Shown: piece by piece, positions 1 through 10,414 of the stretch
Layout: the number at the start of each line of letters is the position of its first letter
How positions within the stretch are numbered: position 1 is the stretch's first letter
Assembly (NCBI GenBank): GCA_902530535.1
Contig: CACAAP010000001.1
Location: 3,160 to 67,159, forward strand
Reading direction: 5' to 3'
DNA: 64,000 nt
Source of the DNA: an uncultured Candidatus Poseidoniales archaeon
GTDB taxonomy: Archaea; Thermoplasmatota; Poseidoniia; Poseidoniales; Thalassarchaeaceae
The notes under the pieces: generated by a model
Told to the model about the DNA's origin: nothing
Databases searched by the model: none
The model's input: the letters and a program-made list of their open reading frames with translations, nothing else
Position numbers and translations under genes: made by a program

Positions 1-1443
1 GTCGACCCGGTTGTCTGGGACATTGGTTACCTTGTATCGGCAGCTCTGTTCATTATCGGCATAAAGAGACTTTCCAGTCCTAAGACTGCTCCCCAGGGCA
101 ATCGTCTTGGCGCTTATGGGATGCTTCTTGCAGTTCTAGTTACACTAGTAAAGATGTATTCCGAGGAAATTATCGGATTCGAGATGATATTAGCCGGGCT
201 AGCTCTTGGTACCATTATCGGATACATCATGGCCACTACTGTTGAGATGACTGAGATGCCAGAACTGGTCGCCCTATTCAACGGGTTTGGCGGAGGAGCA
301 TCTGCACTTGTGGGCCTTTCAGAAGTACTCAAGCGACTACAGGAGGGGGAAATCCCAGATGCAGGAGTCGAGCTATACGCCATATGGATCGCAATAGGGC
401 TTTCCGGAATCGTAGGATGGGTCACACTTACTGGAAGCCTCATGGCTATGGGGAAACTCAGGGGAGGGTTCTACATCCCTTTCACGAAAAAGGATGATAG
501 AGGTCGTAGGAAATGGGTCAGTTTCCCTACTTGGGGCCCTCCATGGCTGAATATTGTCAAAGGCGCGATATTGATTGGTTGCATTTCTCTGATCGGACTA
601 ACAATCCAAGAACCTGAGAATTACGACTACATCTATACACTAGTCGTACTATCTTGTCTACTCGGCGTGCTATTCGTAATCCCAATTGGGGGTGCTGATA
701 TGCCAGTAGTGGTCAGCCTCCTCAATTCGATGTCAGGAATTGCCGCAGCTTTCACCGGTTTCGTGATAGGAAACAATGTCCTGATTATTGCTGGTTCTAT
801 GGTAGGAGCCGCCGGACTAATACTGACATTCATAATGTGCAAAGCGATGAACAGGACTCTCACCGCGGTTCTATTCAAGTCATTCGGAGGGGGTGGTCGT
901 GAGTCGGTGACCAGAACCAAAGTCGGTAGCGATCCCGAGGAGGTAGCAATGGTTTGTGATGGCATAAGCAAGTGCGTAATTATTCCTGGCTATGGTATGG
1001 CCGTTAGCCAGGCACAGCATGCTGTCAAGGAGTTCGCAGACCTTCTGGAGTCCCAAGGAGTGGAGGTGTCATATGGAATTCATCCAGTCGCAGGTAGGAT
1101 GCCGGGACACATGAATGTACTATTGGCAGAGGCAAGCGTTCCATACGAACAACTCATTGAGATGGACGACATTAACTCGGAACTCCCTGAGACTGACGTT
1201 GCTCTTGTGATAGGTGCCAATGATACGATTAATCCCGTGGCTCGATCAGGGGAGGGTCCACTTGGAGGAATGCCAATCATCGACGCAGACAAGGCAAGAG
1301 TTGTTGTAATTATCAAGAGGAGCCTTTCCGTAGGATATGCAGGAGTCGACAACGACCTATTCTATGAGGACAAGACTATGATGCTATTCGGTGACGGCAA
1401 GAAGATGATGAATGAATTGAATTCCTCTATCAAGGAGTTATGA
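1..1443 (+). CDS. pntB: NAD(P) transhydrogenase beta subunit (PntB), 5' end cut by window edge
   Basis: Frame 1 is open from base 1 (VDPVVWDIGYLVSAALFIIGIKRLSSPKTAPQGN...). The N-terminal half is multi-TM. The C-terminal NADP(H) domain carries 'PGYGMAVSQAQH', 'HPVAGRMPGHMNVLLAEA' and 'VIGANDTINP'. Confidence 0.9.
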   Translation, partial: VDPVVWDIGYLVSAALFIIGIKRLSSPKTAPQGNRLGAYGMLLAVLVTLVKMYSEEIIGFEMILAGLALGTIIGYIMATTVEMTEMPELVALFNGFGGGASALVGLSEVLKRLQEGEIPDAGVELYAIWIAIGLSGIVGWVTLTGSLMAMGKLRGGFYIPFTKKDDRGRRKWVSFPTWGPPWLNIVKGAILIGCISLIGLTIQEPENYDYIYTLVVLSCLLGVLFVIPIGGADMPVVVSLLNSMSGIAAAFTGFVIGNNVLIIAGSMVGAAGLILTFIMCKAMNRTLTAVLFKSFGGGGRESVTRTKVGSDPEEVAMVCDGISKCVIIPGYGMAVSQAQHAVKEFADLLESQGVEVSYGIHPVAGRMPGHMNVLLAEASVPYEQLIEMDDINSELPETDVALVIGANDTINPVARSGEGPLGGMPIIDADKARVVVIIKRSLSVGYAGVDNDLFYEDKTMMLFGDGKKMMNELNSSIKEL

Positions 1444-1500
1444 GGCCTACCTCCCCCAACCGTTATTTGACATCGACTGCGAGAAAGGATTAGTGATATC

Positions 1501-2523
1501 ATGCGTGTGAGCGTCAGTCGCGCCTTCGTATGCCTTATCGTAGTCGTTGCGGTATCAATTCCTGCTCTCGGAATGAGCAATGGTCCCGGGGCTTACAATT
1601 CCAACGATGAGTTGACCGTAAAGTACGGTTGCTCCTGCCATAACAACGGCGCGCCATCAGAGAGAGCAGTTGTAATGGTCACAGGTGTGCCCCTGATGTA
1701 CGAGCCATCCGAGAGTTACCAACTCACTATCAGGGTAGCCGATTCTCTGACACTATCGGGCGGTGAAGGAAACACACAAGCAGGTTTCCTGATTTCTTCT
1801 GACTCAATTGGAAACTTCACCTGGCAAGACGACCAAGAAATTCGTTACGCAGAGGGCCGAGCTGATGATGTTTCACACTCTGACACGGATCTTGATGGAT
1901 CATGGGTATTGACATGGACCGCTCCCGAAGGCGATATGGGCGTAGTACAATTTTGGATAGCCGGAAATTCTGTAGATGGAGGGGGGATACCCGACGAGAT
2001 GGATTACTGGAACGTCCTATCTTTCTCGATCAACCCACCTGGCACTATTACCACTGATGAGAGCGGATCAACCTTGGAAACCCGTACCATCTCTGTTGGT
2101 ACCTATGACTCGCTATTCCTGCTAGAAGTGTCCGAAGACCAACTCGAGAAGGAACGTCAGGACGCAATATCCCATAGGGTATTCTCACAAGGTAACCTGT
2201 TCTACTGGACTAGCCTAACTGCACTTATCGTAGGGGCCGTCGTTCAGAAGGAGATTCTCGAACGCAAATATGACGATGGACCAGAATTCCTAGCGAGCGA
2301 ACTGGCTTATCCCGAAGGATTACGTAGGGCGTTCGGCTGCTTGCTATCGTTCTACCTAGGGGTCAGATGGGCTAGTTCCGATAGCCCCATTGTTTTCCAA
2401 GGTGTGGACTTCACAGACTTCGCCACCGGTACAGCGTTCTTCGTTAGTGCATGGGCTGCTTATGGCGTATATAGAACGGTTCTTGCAGCCAGAACATTGC
2501 CCGATGCGAAGGATGTATTGTGA
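1501..2523 (+). CDS. hypothetical exported/membrane protein (signal anchor, beta-rich ectodomain, C-terminal TM helices)
   Basis: ATG followed by a hydrophobic N-terminus 'AFVCLIVVVAVSIPALG'. Contains a 'YGCSCHNNG' Cys-x-Cys-His motif. The C-terminal third is hydrophobic. The stop overlaps the next gene's GTG (GTGA). No family recognised by eye. Confidence 0.55.
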   Translation: MRVSVSRAFVCLIVVVAVSIPALGMSNGPGAYNSNDELTVKYGCSCHNNGAPSERAVVMVTGVPLMYEPSESYQLTIRVADSLTLSGGEGNTQAGFLISSDSIGNFTWQDDQEIRYAEGRADDVSHSDTDLDGSWVLTWTAPEGDMGVVQFWIAGNSVDGGGIPDEMDYWNVLSFSINPPGTITTDESGSTLETRTISVGTYDSLFLLEVSEDQLEKERQDAISHRVFSQGNLFYWTSLTALIVGAVVQKEILERKYDDGPEFLASELAYPEGLRRAFGCLLSFYLGVRWASSDSPIVFQGVDFTDFATGTAFFVSAWAAYGVYRTVLAARTLPDAKDVL

Positions 2524-3260
2524 CTGGCGAATTCGTTAACGTCTTCCCGAACTGGGACATCCAAGAACACCTCAGAGACCTGAATACAATAGCCCGTAGA
2601 ATTTCAGTTACATTGATCATAATGAGTTTCTTCTGGTCCTTCTCAATAGATAATATGATTACTCACTGGCTGGATGTATTGCCCTTTGAAACTGGTCCCA
2701 ACAACGAGAACATATCCATCTACGGGCCGTTCGATTGGCTACAGTTGAGGTGGGCTGCTGTGATTCTTCTAGCATTGTTGTCATCGCTTCCATTGATCTC
2801 AATACAGGCTTATTCGTTCGCTAGGCCGGGACTCTATCCATCAGAGCGCAATTGGCTGATATCGGTACTTATCCTAACGACAACTATCATCCCAATCGTC
2901 ATTTTCCTAATATGGTATCAGGGCCTCCCCATCCTGTTTGAGTTATCTGAAACATCTGGCAGGCCCGATGGGGTACTTGTTAGATACGACGCCTACTCCA
3001 TGTTCTCCATAGGTATGGCACTTTCATGGATACTTGTAATCTGGTCAGTGACAACGATTTCCCTCTCGTTAACCAGAATATATGGCATGATAAATAACGG
3101 CGAGCCCAGATTCAGGAAGCGCTTACTAGCAATTTCATCAGGTTTGATAATTCTAACTCTACCAATCGAGTTCGATGGATTGAAGATTATTATTGCAATA
3201 CTTTCCGCGATATTATCTGATTTCGTATCAAACTCCTTGCCTCTTAGAGTCATCAGTTAA
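2520..3260 (+). CDS. divergent TatC-like membrane protein
   Basis: 246 aa with about 6 TM helices. 'EHLRDLNTIARRISVTLIIMSFF' parallels the TatC N-terminus (HLxELRxRL). 'IQAYSFARPGLYPSERNWL' parallels E. coli TatC 'YQVWAFIAPALYKHERRLV'. Confidence 0.55.
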   Translation: MTGEFVNVFPNWDIQEHLRDLNTIARRISVTLIIMSFFWSFSIDNMITHWLDVLPFETGPNNENISIYGPFDWLQLRWAAVILLALLSSLPLISIQAYSFARPGLYPSERNWLISVLILTTTIIPIVIFLIWYQGLPILFELSETSGRPDGVLVRYDAYSMFSIGMALSWILVIWSVTTISLSLTRIYGMINNGEPRFRKRLLAISSGLIILTLPIEFDGLKIIIAILSAILSDFVSNSLPLRVIS

Positions 3261-3335
3261 ATTGGCAGTCAAATTAGACTCAACGAGTTAACACAGGGGG
3301 ATTGATTTGAAAGCATTAGCTACCGGCCAAAAGAT

Positions 3336-5303
3336 GTGAGCAAAAGCGCACCAAGTAGTATTTTCCGAATTCTTTCTGTGACCATGCTATTGATGGCTTC
3401 TTCGTTCGTATACATAAATTCCGAATCGGTTAATGACGCAATATCATCAACAGTCGAAACTAGAAATGCTAATGAAAGCCCATTAGTCGGACTCGCAGAA
3501 GAAGAATTCTGGCCGGTACTTAGAGTCAGTTTCCCCGCCAAGCCTTTTCCTAACTCACTACTGGGGGGACTGTTTGAAGGCAATAACTCAGCAGAACAAT
3601 ACATCTCCGAGATGAGCGGCGGCGATTCTCAATTGATGACAACGGTAGTAGGAGAGACCTGGGCATCCCCATACTTGGAGCCTCACTGGGGAACAGATTC
3701 CGAAACTGAGAGAGACACTGGAGCAGACTCAGGAGGCGCTAGAGAATTAGCAAGAGAAGCGATAACCAGTACATTTCAGAACCAGGACATCTCTCAGTGG
3801 GATCTTGATGGCGATTTCATTGTTGACAGGCTACTAATACTTCACTCTGGACAAGCACAAGAAGAGGGAGGCCCATCGACAAGCATTTGGAGCCACTTCT
3901 CGGCATTTTACGAGCCTGTAGTGGTCGGCGAGTATTCATTCGAACACTACACGATGGCTTCAGTACATGGAGGCCTCGGCGTATTAATTCATGAGATGCT
4001 GCATCAGATGGGTGCCGTAGATTTGTACGATGTACATAGCGATGCACCCACGAGAAACTGGCATGGACTAGGTGACTGGGACGTAATGGCCAGTGGAAAT
4101 TGGATAGATGATGGATCTAGGCCAACTCTACCTTCATCTTCCACTCTCGAACTAATTGATGCCATAGATCCAATTGAGCCTAGTTTAACCTCCGATGGAA
4201 ACTTCTCCCTGGAACCACTGTCTAATGGTGGTAATCCACTAAAGATTGAGATAGCCCCCCAAGAGTATATCTGGATCACACTCAGGTCGAATACTGGTTT
4301 CGATAAGGGTTTACCCGGACACGGCATACTAGTCGAACAGCAGGATCTCAATTTCGGAGATGTGTCTTCCAACCTAGTGAATACCGACCCAACAAAACCA
4401 TGGGTTAAGATTGTTGAAGCAGATGGAGATGAAGCTCTATTGAGGGCTAGAGACTATGGATCAGCAGGTGATGTTTTCGATGTTGGTGATAGATTTGGAC
4501 ATACTGGAAAGAAGATTTGGGACAATCACGGGAGGCTTGTCCAATGGACAGCCAATGTCATAGATATTAGTGATAGTTCCGCAGTCATCGAGTTCGATTT
4601 CGTTGGTGATGCTAACTCTACACTAACAGTTCCCCGAAATCCTATAGTGGTTCTAGATGATGAACCAATCATTGCAGATATTTTCACAACCGACAAATGT
4701 ATGGTGGTAGTTGATATCTCATCAACAGGCGGTGTTGTGATCCCCCCTCACTATGGTAACTCTACAAGGATTCAATTAATTGAAATAACAAACTCTTCAT
4801 CTTCCAAAGGGACGATTGAAGGATCTATTGGTTGCCAGGATCGTCCAAAGAACACAGTTTCTATAGATTGGATCGTAGTAAACCATAGATTATCAACAGA
4901 TGAAATCGAAGTAACCGTACCTTGGGACTCAGACTCTACTATTGCTCTATATCCGGGATCACTTGGTTCCGGCCCCAGGACTTACAACAGCATCACGATC
5001 GAAGGTGCAGCTGGAAGAATTGCTGAACCACTAACCGAAGGGACGTTCTACCCAGGAGATGCAATCGAATTGCGAATTATCCCCGATGGGCTTCTGGAGC
5101 CGAGGATGATTGCAAAGGGCGAGCTTGTCGTTTTAGACTCGGATAACATCGAGCAAAGAATCCCTTTCCAATTAACTGCGGAAGGAGATCTGCCTTTCGG
5201 CCCATTAAACTGGCTGGCAACTCCCTCCAATGCAATTTCAACAGTTCTTATCTTGATGGCATTATCCTTAGCAACTGGAAACAGGCTGAACAAGCAAAAT
5301 TAG
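3336..5303 (+). CDS. secreted M6-like (immune inhibitor A-type) zinc metalloprotease with C-terminal membrane anchor
   Basis: GTG start and N-terminal signal anchor. HExxH zinc site 'LIHEMLHQMGAVDLYD'. Large beta-rich C-terminal region. Terminal hydrophobic helix 'AISTVLILMALSLATG'. Confidence 0.6.
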   Translation: MSKSAPSSIFRILSVTMLLMASSFVYINSESVNDAISSTVETRNANESPLVGLAEEEFWPVLRVSFPAKPFPNSLLGGLFEGNNSAEQYISEMSGGDSQLMTTVVGETWASPYLEPHWGTDSETERDTGADSGGARELAREAITSTFQNQDISQWDLDGDFIVDRLLILHSGQAQEEGGPSTSIWSHFSAFYEPVVVGEYSFEHYTMASVHGGLGVLIHEMLHQMGAVDLYDVHSDAPTRNWHGLGDWDVMASGNWIDDGSRPTLPSSSTLELIDAIDPIEPSLTSDGNFSLEPLSNGGNPLKIEIAPQEYIWITLRSNTGFDKGLPGHGILVEQQDLNFGDVSSNLVNTDPTKPWVKIVEADGDEALLRARDYGSAGDVFDVGDRFGHTGKKIWDNHGRLVQWTANVIDISDSSAVIEFDFVGDANSTLTVPRNPIVVLDDEPIIADIFTTDKCMVVVDISSTGGVVIPPHYGNSTRIQLIEITNSSSSKGTIEGSIGCQDRPKNTVSIDWIVVNHRLSTDEIEVTVPWDSDSTIALYPGSLGSGPRTYNSITIEGAAGRIAEPLTEGTFYPGDAIELRIIPDGLLEPRMIAKGELVVLDSDNIEQRIPFQLTAEGDLPFGPLNWLATPSNAISTVLILMALSLATGNRLNKQN

Positions 5304-6370
5304 TGCCTGATTGGATTACTCCATCTTGAATCGGAGGGTGGTCTGGATATTTGCAGGTATCTCCAACCGTTTCCACCTTCCTTAATTGGGTAAAGCCAAT
5401 CCTTGTTTACCCCTGAAGCTAACCTCGATGAGAGGCAGGCCTCAGCCCAGTTCTTCGGATTCTCTGATGATGGGTCTACTACTAACCAAGGAGCGTGACC
5501 CTCCCCTACATCTGCGGGGTAACATCTCCACTTTGTCCCGTACTTGAAACCAGACCTAGTGTTCAGACCTCTTTTCCAAAGATCGAGAATTATACTAGAC
5601 GTAACCGACATGTTCTCAGTTGCCTGGTTCGTTACGGATTGGACAACCTCGTATTCGATATTTTCGAGTTGTCTTCCGCCATGTAATGGCAATCCAATAG
5701 CATCGAATCCCCAATCATCGTCGTCAATAATGAATACTCCATCTTCTCCTAGATCAATTGATTTAAGCTTCGAGATCCTTTGAAACTCATTGAAGTCTGG
5801 TGGACGTAGAACTCCAGTAGGATTAGACTCAGATATACGATAAGTGACCACAGACTTTTCCTCATCCACTACAAGAACCTCTGAGATCCTATCCTTCGAA
5901 TATACCTCATTTGACCACTGAAGTAATGATTCTAACGAATGAGATTGTTCGGATTTACCACTCAATAATTGACTCGAATTGAACCAAATAACTTCTGAAT
6001 CTGGATTATCTCTAGCGGGATGCTTATCTGAGGACCACCTTATTCCCCATGAATTACAATTATCTATGCCCAATTTAGAGAAGTTATGGTGGAGTACAAC
6101 TTTGTTACCCGGAACTCTTAATGCTTCTAAAATCGCATATTCCTGTATAATTGTCGGGTCATTAAGTAGTCTCTCATTCACCCATTCCAACATGGCATTG
6201 TCATCTGGAATCAAAGGAAAGGAAACTCCTCTGTGATTCCTTGAGAATATGACTTCAATGTCAGAAAGAGCTAATCCACCTCCATCGATAAGTACTCCAA
6301 TAGCCGATTTCTCCCATAATCTACTATACGCAGGGCCATCGAAAACCCACCATTTCCCGGTCCACTCCAT
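5300..6370 (-). CDS. endA: tRNA-splicing endonuclease, two-unit (alpha2-type) EndA
   Basis: The C-terminal catalytic unit carries 'RSGFKYGTKWRCYPADVGEGHAPWLVV' and 'ASGVNKDWLYP' (Tyr/His/Lys triad context). The 356-aa length fits a duplicated unit with a degenerate N-terminal half. Confidence 0.7.
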   Translation of the reverse strand: MEWTGKWWVFDGPAYSRLWEKSAIGVLIDGGGLALSDIEVIFSRNHRGVSFPLIPDDNAMLEWVNERLLNDPTIIQEYAILEALRVPGNKVVLHHNFSKLGIDNCNSWGIRWSSDKHPARDNPDSEVIWFNSSQLLSGKSEQSHSLESLLQWSNEVYSKDRISEVLVVDEEKSVVTYRISESNPTGVLRPPDFNEFQRISKLKSIDLGEDGVFIIDDDDWGFDAIGLPLHGGRQLENIEYEVVQSVTNQATENMSVTSSIILDLWKRGLNTRSGFKYGTKWRCYPADVGEGHAPWLVVDPSSENPKNWAEACLSSRLASGVNKDWLYPIKEGGNGWRYLQISRPPSDSRWSNPIRH

Positions 6371-6372
6371 GT

Positions 6373-7494
6373 ATGATCGAGGACGCTACCAAATTAGACG
6401 CTATCCCCAAATATCATCCGTGTGACCTCCGTGGGAACAACGTGACAGATGATACTGACGAAAGAAGACAGGAAAGCCTCAAGACTCTGCGAAATCTTTT
6501 GAAAACAATAGATGGCCAAAAGGTGACACTAATTGGTGACACAATGCTCGATAGATATCACCACGGTTTTGCAAATAATCTGAACTCTACAGCCCCAGTA
6601 CCTGTGCTCAAGATTACCCATTCGGAGGAGTCACCGGGTGCATCTGCACATATAGCAATAGGACTCTCTTCATTCGGCATGAAAGTCTCATTCCATACTG
6701 CGTTAGGGGACGATTCCGAGGGGGAGTCAATAATTTCTACACTCAAAGAATTCAAAATTTCGACGGATAACGTGATTATGATTCCATCCAGGGAGACTCT
6801 TACTAAGATTCGATTCTTCGGGAGCAGAGAGAGCCTTCTCGATAGAGGGCAAATACTTCTTCAGGCAGATAGAGGTACCAACGAACCCGTAGGTGAAGAA
6901 ATTTCTTCTGAGCTCGCTTCTTCTGCAATAGAAGATTTAGAGGATAGTTGTGCCTTGGTTATTTCTGACTATGACAAGGGAGTTGTTACTATTGAAGAAT
7001 CTCTTAAACTAATTTCAAAGGCAAATAAGATTGGGATTCCAGTGATAGTAGATCCGAAATTAACAGGCCTGGAAAAGAGCCGAGGCGCATCGGTAGTGAT
7101 TTTTGAGAAGAGGGGGATGTCCCTTTTAGCTCGCCGAATCGGATCAGACATAGAGGAAGCGGCCCAGAATATGTTGATTGAGTATTCATGGGAAGGAATT
7201 CTTGTACTGGGAGGAATTAACGGCGTCCAGTTGTACCAGCGTGATTCTGAATCGATGCTGATACCATGCATGGCACCTGCTGCTGAACAGCAGATCGGAA
7301 TGCATGATGCAGCCGCAACATCACTTGCAGCAGCCCTGGGCTCAGGTCTTTCCCTTTATGATGCTGCATTACTGGCATCTGCAGCATGCGAATGCGTCCT
7401 TTCGGCTAGTACAGCAAAGGAGTACATTGATCGAGATACACTAGGACTATGGCTCGATGAGCTTTCATGGCAGATGAGAATATCTGATAGATAG
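6373..7494 (+). CDS. PfkB/ribokinase-family sugar(-phosphate) kinase (RfaE domain I-like)
   Basis: 'KVTLIGDTMLDRYHHG' resembles the heptose-7-P kinase N-terminus. 'IPVIVDPK' is present. The C-terminal 'GMHDAAATSLAAALGSG' resembles the PfkB anion-hole motif. Confidence 0.7.
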   Translation: MIEDATKLDAIPKYHPCDLRGNNVTDDTDERRQESLKTLRNLLKTIDGQKVTLIGDTMLDRYHHGFANNLNSTAPVPVLKITHSEESPGASAHIAIGLSSFGMKVSFHTALGDDSEGESIISTLKEFKISTDNVIMIPSRETLTKIRFFGSRESLLDRGQILLQADRGTNEPVGEEISSELASSAIEDLEDSCALVISDYDKGVVTIEESLKLISKANKIGIPVIVDPKLTGLEKSRGASVVIFEKRGMSLLARRIGSDIEEAAQNMLIEYSWEGILVLGGINGVQLYQRDSESMLIPCMAPAAEQQIGMHDAAATSLAAALGSGLSLYDAALLASAACECVLSASTAKEYIDRDTLGLWLDELSWQMRISDR

Positions 7495-7540
7495 AAACAT
7501 GATTACATGGGATTGAATAGTGTTGCTTAACGCGAGCAAC

Positions 7541-9055
7541 ATGAGAGTCATGTTATCTTCACACAATCGAGTCTCTGCCATCTTAGTAATTCTATTATTT
7601 GCTTCGAATATAGCAGTATTAAATTCGCAGGCGGAGAATGACTTCCGTGCTACACTTAGCATTGATATGGAAGACGGGACTGTGATTGATGATGAGTTAA
7701 CATTCAAGGCTTTAGTGATGGATGAATTGGAACCCCATTCCGCAAGTTGGGAGTTGTTGGACTCGACTTCAACAAGACACTACGTTTCGGTATCTGAATT
7801 CTATCAAGGCGTTACTTCTGGCCCATTGACTGAATGGACATTTGATATCGACATCTCACCTGAAACAGTAGGCTCATGCTCTTGCATACTGACCGTGAGC
7901 GTAATTGACTCACATGGCATCCCTCTTCTAGAGTCTGCAAGCATTTTCATTCAAACCCTAGGGGTTACAGATGAGTTATTTACTCCTACAATGCATATTC
8001 ATGAAAGTGGAATGGATTATTGGCATAGCGAATCATATATCCTAGACGCGTTATCTTCAACTATAGATGGCATTGTACCATCATTCTCAACCATAATTCG
8101 TACTTCAAGTACAATTAAGTGCACTTATGGGGGGCTTGAAGGCGAAGACTCACTTTATGCAGTTAATTACAACTCTACTCCGCACCCGAGTCTTTCCGAT
8201 ATTAAGTGGGACGGCGATACCCTAACTTTCGAGATCGACCTGATTGATTTTGATGATGGATGGCATGACATCATTATATTCGCCCAATCCGAAATTGAAG
8301 ATTCAACTTACTCGCACGATTGTATCAGTATTAGGATCGATAACACCCCTCCTAGTGTAATATTGAATATTCCCGAAGAGCTGCCCGAAGGTACGGACAC
8401 AGTATTCTTAGATGCCTCTTCGACTTTCGACGAATACTGGGGAATACAAGGACTAACATACACATGGTCAATAAACGAGCTTGGAGGCTCGGGTGAAGAA
8501 ATAAATCAGGTTTTCAGTGGGCTCGATTACCGGTCAATTGAACTCATTCTCATTAACTCAGGCGTTTACGTCATTTCACTATCTGTATCTGATAATGCAG
8601 GGAATATGGCACTCTCAACTTCTACGCTCGAAATTGTCAACATTGCTCCAATAGCACGCCTAACCATTAACGGGGAGAATTATTTCGATAATGATCAGGT
8701 TGCTCTGTCTCCAGACTCTTCAATTGTTGTCGATGCCTCGCTATCTACGGATACCTCGAACGATATAGATGGACTCAGATATGTTTGGAGAGTTGACAAT
8801 GTTCCGACCTATGAGGGGACATCTAGATCTATATCATGGCCCGATGGAGTGAATGACGATAGTTTCGTCTTGTCGATTGAAGTAATTGACGACGACTCTG
8901 AGTCAACTATGATCTCAGTTATAGTAGTGGATAATAGCGAATCTGGTAGTCCTCCTCTTTCAATACTAATTCTGATTATTTCTGGTGGCTTCTTGTCATA
9001 TTCTGTATTTAGACGATCCAAATCAGACGATTCAGAAATTCCTAAGTGGAACTAA
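7541..9055 (+). CDS. secreted PKD-repeat protein with C-terminal TM anchor
   Basis: Signal peptide 'MRVMLSSHNRVSAILVILLFASNIAVLNSQA' (the track's GTG at 7520 is also possible). PKD-like repeats 'DASSTFDEYWGIQGLTYTWSI' and 'DASLSTDTSNDIDGLRYVWRV'. C-terminal helix 'LSILILIISGGFLSYSVF'. Confidence 0.6.
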   Translation: MRVMLSSHNRVSAILVILLFASNIAVLNSQAENDFRATLSIDMEDGTVIDDELTFKALVMDELEPHSASWELLDSTSTRHYVSVSEFYQGVTSGPLTEWTFDIDISPETVGSCSCILTVSVIDSHGIPLLESASIFIQTLGVTDELFTPTMHIHESGMDYWHSESYILDALSSTIDGIVPSFSTIIRTSSTIKCTYGGLEGEDSLYAVNYNSTPHPSLSDIKWDGDTLTFEIDLIDFDDGWHDIIIFAQSEIEDSTYSHDCISIRIDNTPPSVILNIPEELPEGTDTVFLDASSTFDEYWGIQGLTYTWSINELGGSGEEINQVFSGLDYRSIELILINSGVYVISLSVSDNAGNMALSTSTLEIVNIAPIARLTINGENYFDNDQVALSPDSSIVVDASLSTDTSNDIDGLRYVWRVDNVPTYEGTSRSISWPDGVNDDSFVLSIEVIDDDSESTMISVIVVDNSESGSPPLSILILIISGGFLSYSVFRRSKSDDSEIPKWN

Positions 9056-9094
9056 TCCTGAAAAGACCAAAAGGCAGTAATTACAGGGATTTGT

Positions 9095-10414
9095 ATGAGT
9101 TTACCATTCGATAGGGCAGAGTACCTGAATCGCCAGGAATTAGTATTCTCTAAATTACCCGAGTCGAGCTTAGTAATAATACCAACAAACGATCGAAAAA
9201 TAAGATCCAATGATGTTGCATATCCATTTAGGCCCAATTCATACATGCTATATCTTTGTGGCTGGGAAGAAGATGAAGGTACATTACTAGCAACGAATTC
9301 ATCTGGAAAATGGGTGACAACACTGTTTGTACCAGAGAGGGATACAACGAAGGAAATATGGGAAGGAATACGTATAGGCGTTGATGGTGCTAAGTCATGG
9401 CCAGTTGATCATACGGATTCATTACAAAGTCTTGATTCCTGCATCAAAGAGTTAATTTCGGATGGAAGTAGAATTTTCACCATACCTGGCGCATCCTCAT
9501 CATTAGACATATTGTTCGATGAGAATACTGAAACCGAGGACTTACGCACATATATTGATCCAATTAGAAGGATCAAGTCAGCAAATGAAATCGAATATAT
9601 GCAAGAGGCCGCATCCATTGCATCATCGGCCCATGAAAAGGCAATGCGCAATTCTCGACCCGGTATGGGAGAATGGGAGATTCAGTCCGAGGTAGAAGGT
9701 CACTTCATGTCCTCACTGAGTCAGTGGAGCTTCCCATCAATAGTGGGCGGGGGAGATAACGCTACTGTTCTACATTACAAGAATAATAACCAGGTGATAA
9801 GATCCGGGGATCTTGTACTAGTCGATGCAGGATGTGAAGTCAGCGGATATGCATCAGATATTACTCGCACTTGGCCAGTGAATGGGAAGTTCTCCCAACC
9901 CCAGAGGGAAATTTACGAACTTGTCCTAAGAGCTGAACTAGCAGGAATAGATGCTTGTCAACCAGGAATGCCATGGGTTTCGATGCATGAGGCAGTATGT
10001 GAGACCATAGCAGAGGGACTGATAGAACTTGGAGTACTAAAGTGCTCTCTAGAAGATGCATTGGGCAGAGTCGAAGAAAACCCTGGTGTTTTTGAAGGCC
10101 AAATACGAAATTTCTTCATGCACGGTACTGGGCACTTTCTAGGATTGGACGTGCATGACGTTGGAGGGGGCCGCCAAGGCGACCCAAACTCCTCGTTCTT
10201 ACTAGAGCCAGGGATGGTTTTGACAATTGAGCCGGGTCTGTACTTTGGATCATGGAGAAATGACATATTAATTCCTGAAAGGTACGCGGGTATAGGAATT
10301 AGAATAGAGGATGACGTTTTGATAACAGAACAAGGCCCCTTAGTATTATCATCATCGTGTCCAAAGATGTTAGACGAAATTGAGCAGGTAGTAGGTAAGA
10401 GAATACATGACTGA
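9095..10414 (+). CDS. pepP: Xaa-Pro aminopeptidase (M24B)
   Basis: Metal-ligand motifs 'LVLVDAGCEVSGYASDITRTWPV', 'HGTGHFLGLDVHD', 'VLTIEPGLY' and 'GIRIEDDVLIT'. Confidence 0.85.
   Translation: MSLPFDRAEYLNRQELVFSKLPESSLVIIPTNDRKIRSNDVAYPFRPNSYMLYLCGWEEDEGTLLATNSSGKWVTTLFVPERDTTKEIWEGIRIGVDGAKSWPVDHTDSLQSLDSCIKELISDGSRIFTIPGASSSLDILFDENTETEDLRTYIDPIRRIKSANEIEYMQEAASIASSAHEKAMRNSRPGMGEWEIQSEVEGHFMSSLSQWSFPSIVGGGDNATVLHYKNNNQVIRSGDLVLVDAGCEVSGYASDITRTWPVNGKFSQPQREIYELVLRAELAGIDACQPGMPWVSMHEAVCETIAEGLIELGVLKCSLEDALGRVEENPGVFEGQIRNFFMHGTGHFLGLDVHDVGGGRQGDPNSSFLLEPGMVLTIEPGLYFGSWRNDILIPERYAGIGIRIEDDVLITEQGPLVLSSSCPKMLDEIEQVVGKRIHD

Noticed and set aside
1620-1650. 'GCSCHNNG' as a c-type heme attachment site
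   Set aside because: The motif is CxCH, not CxxCH. I know of no evidence that this spacing is used by System I.
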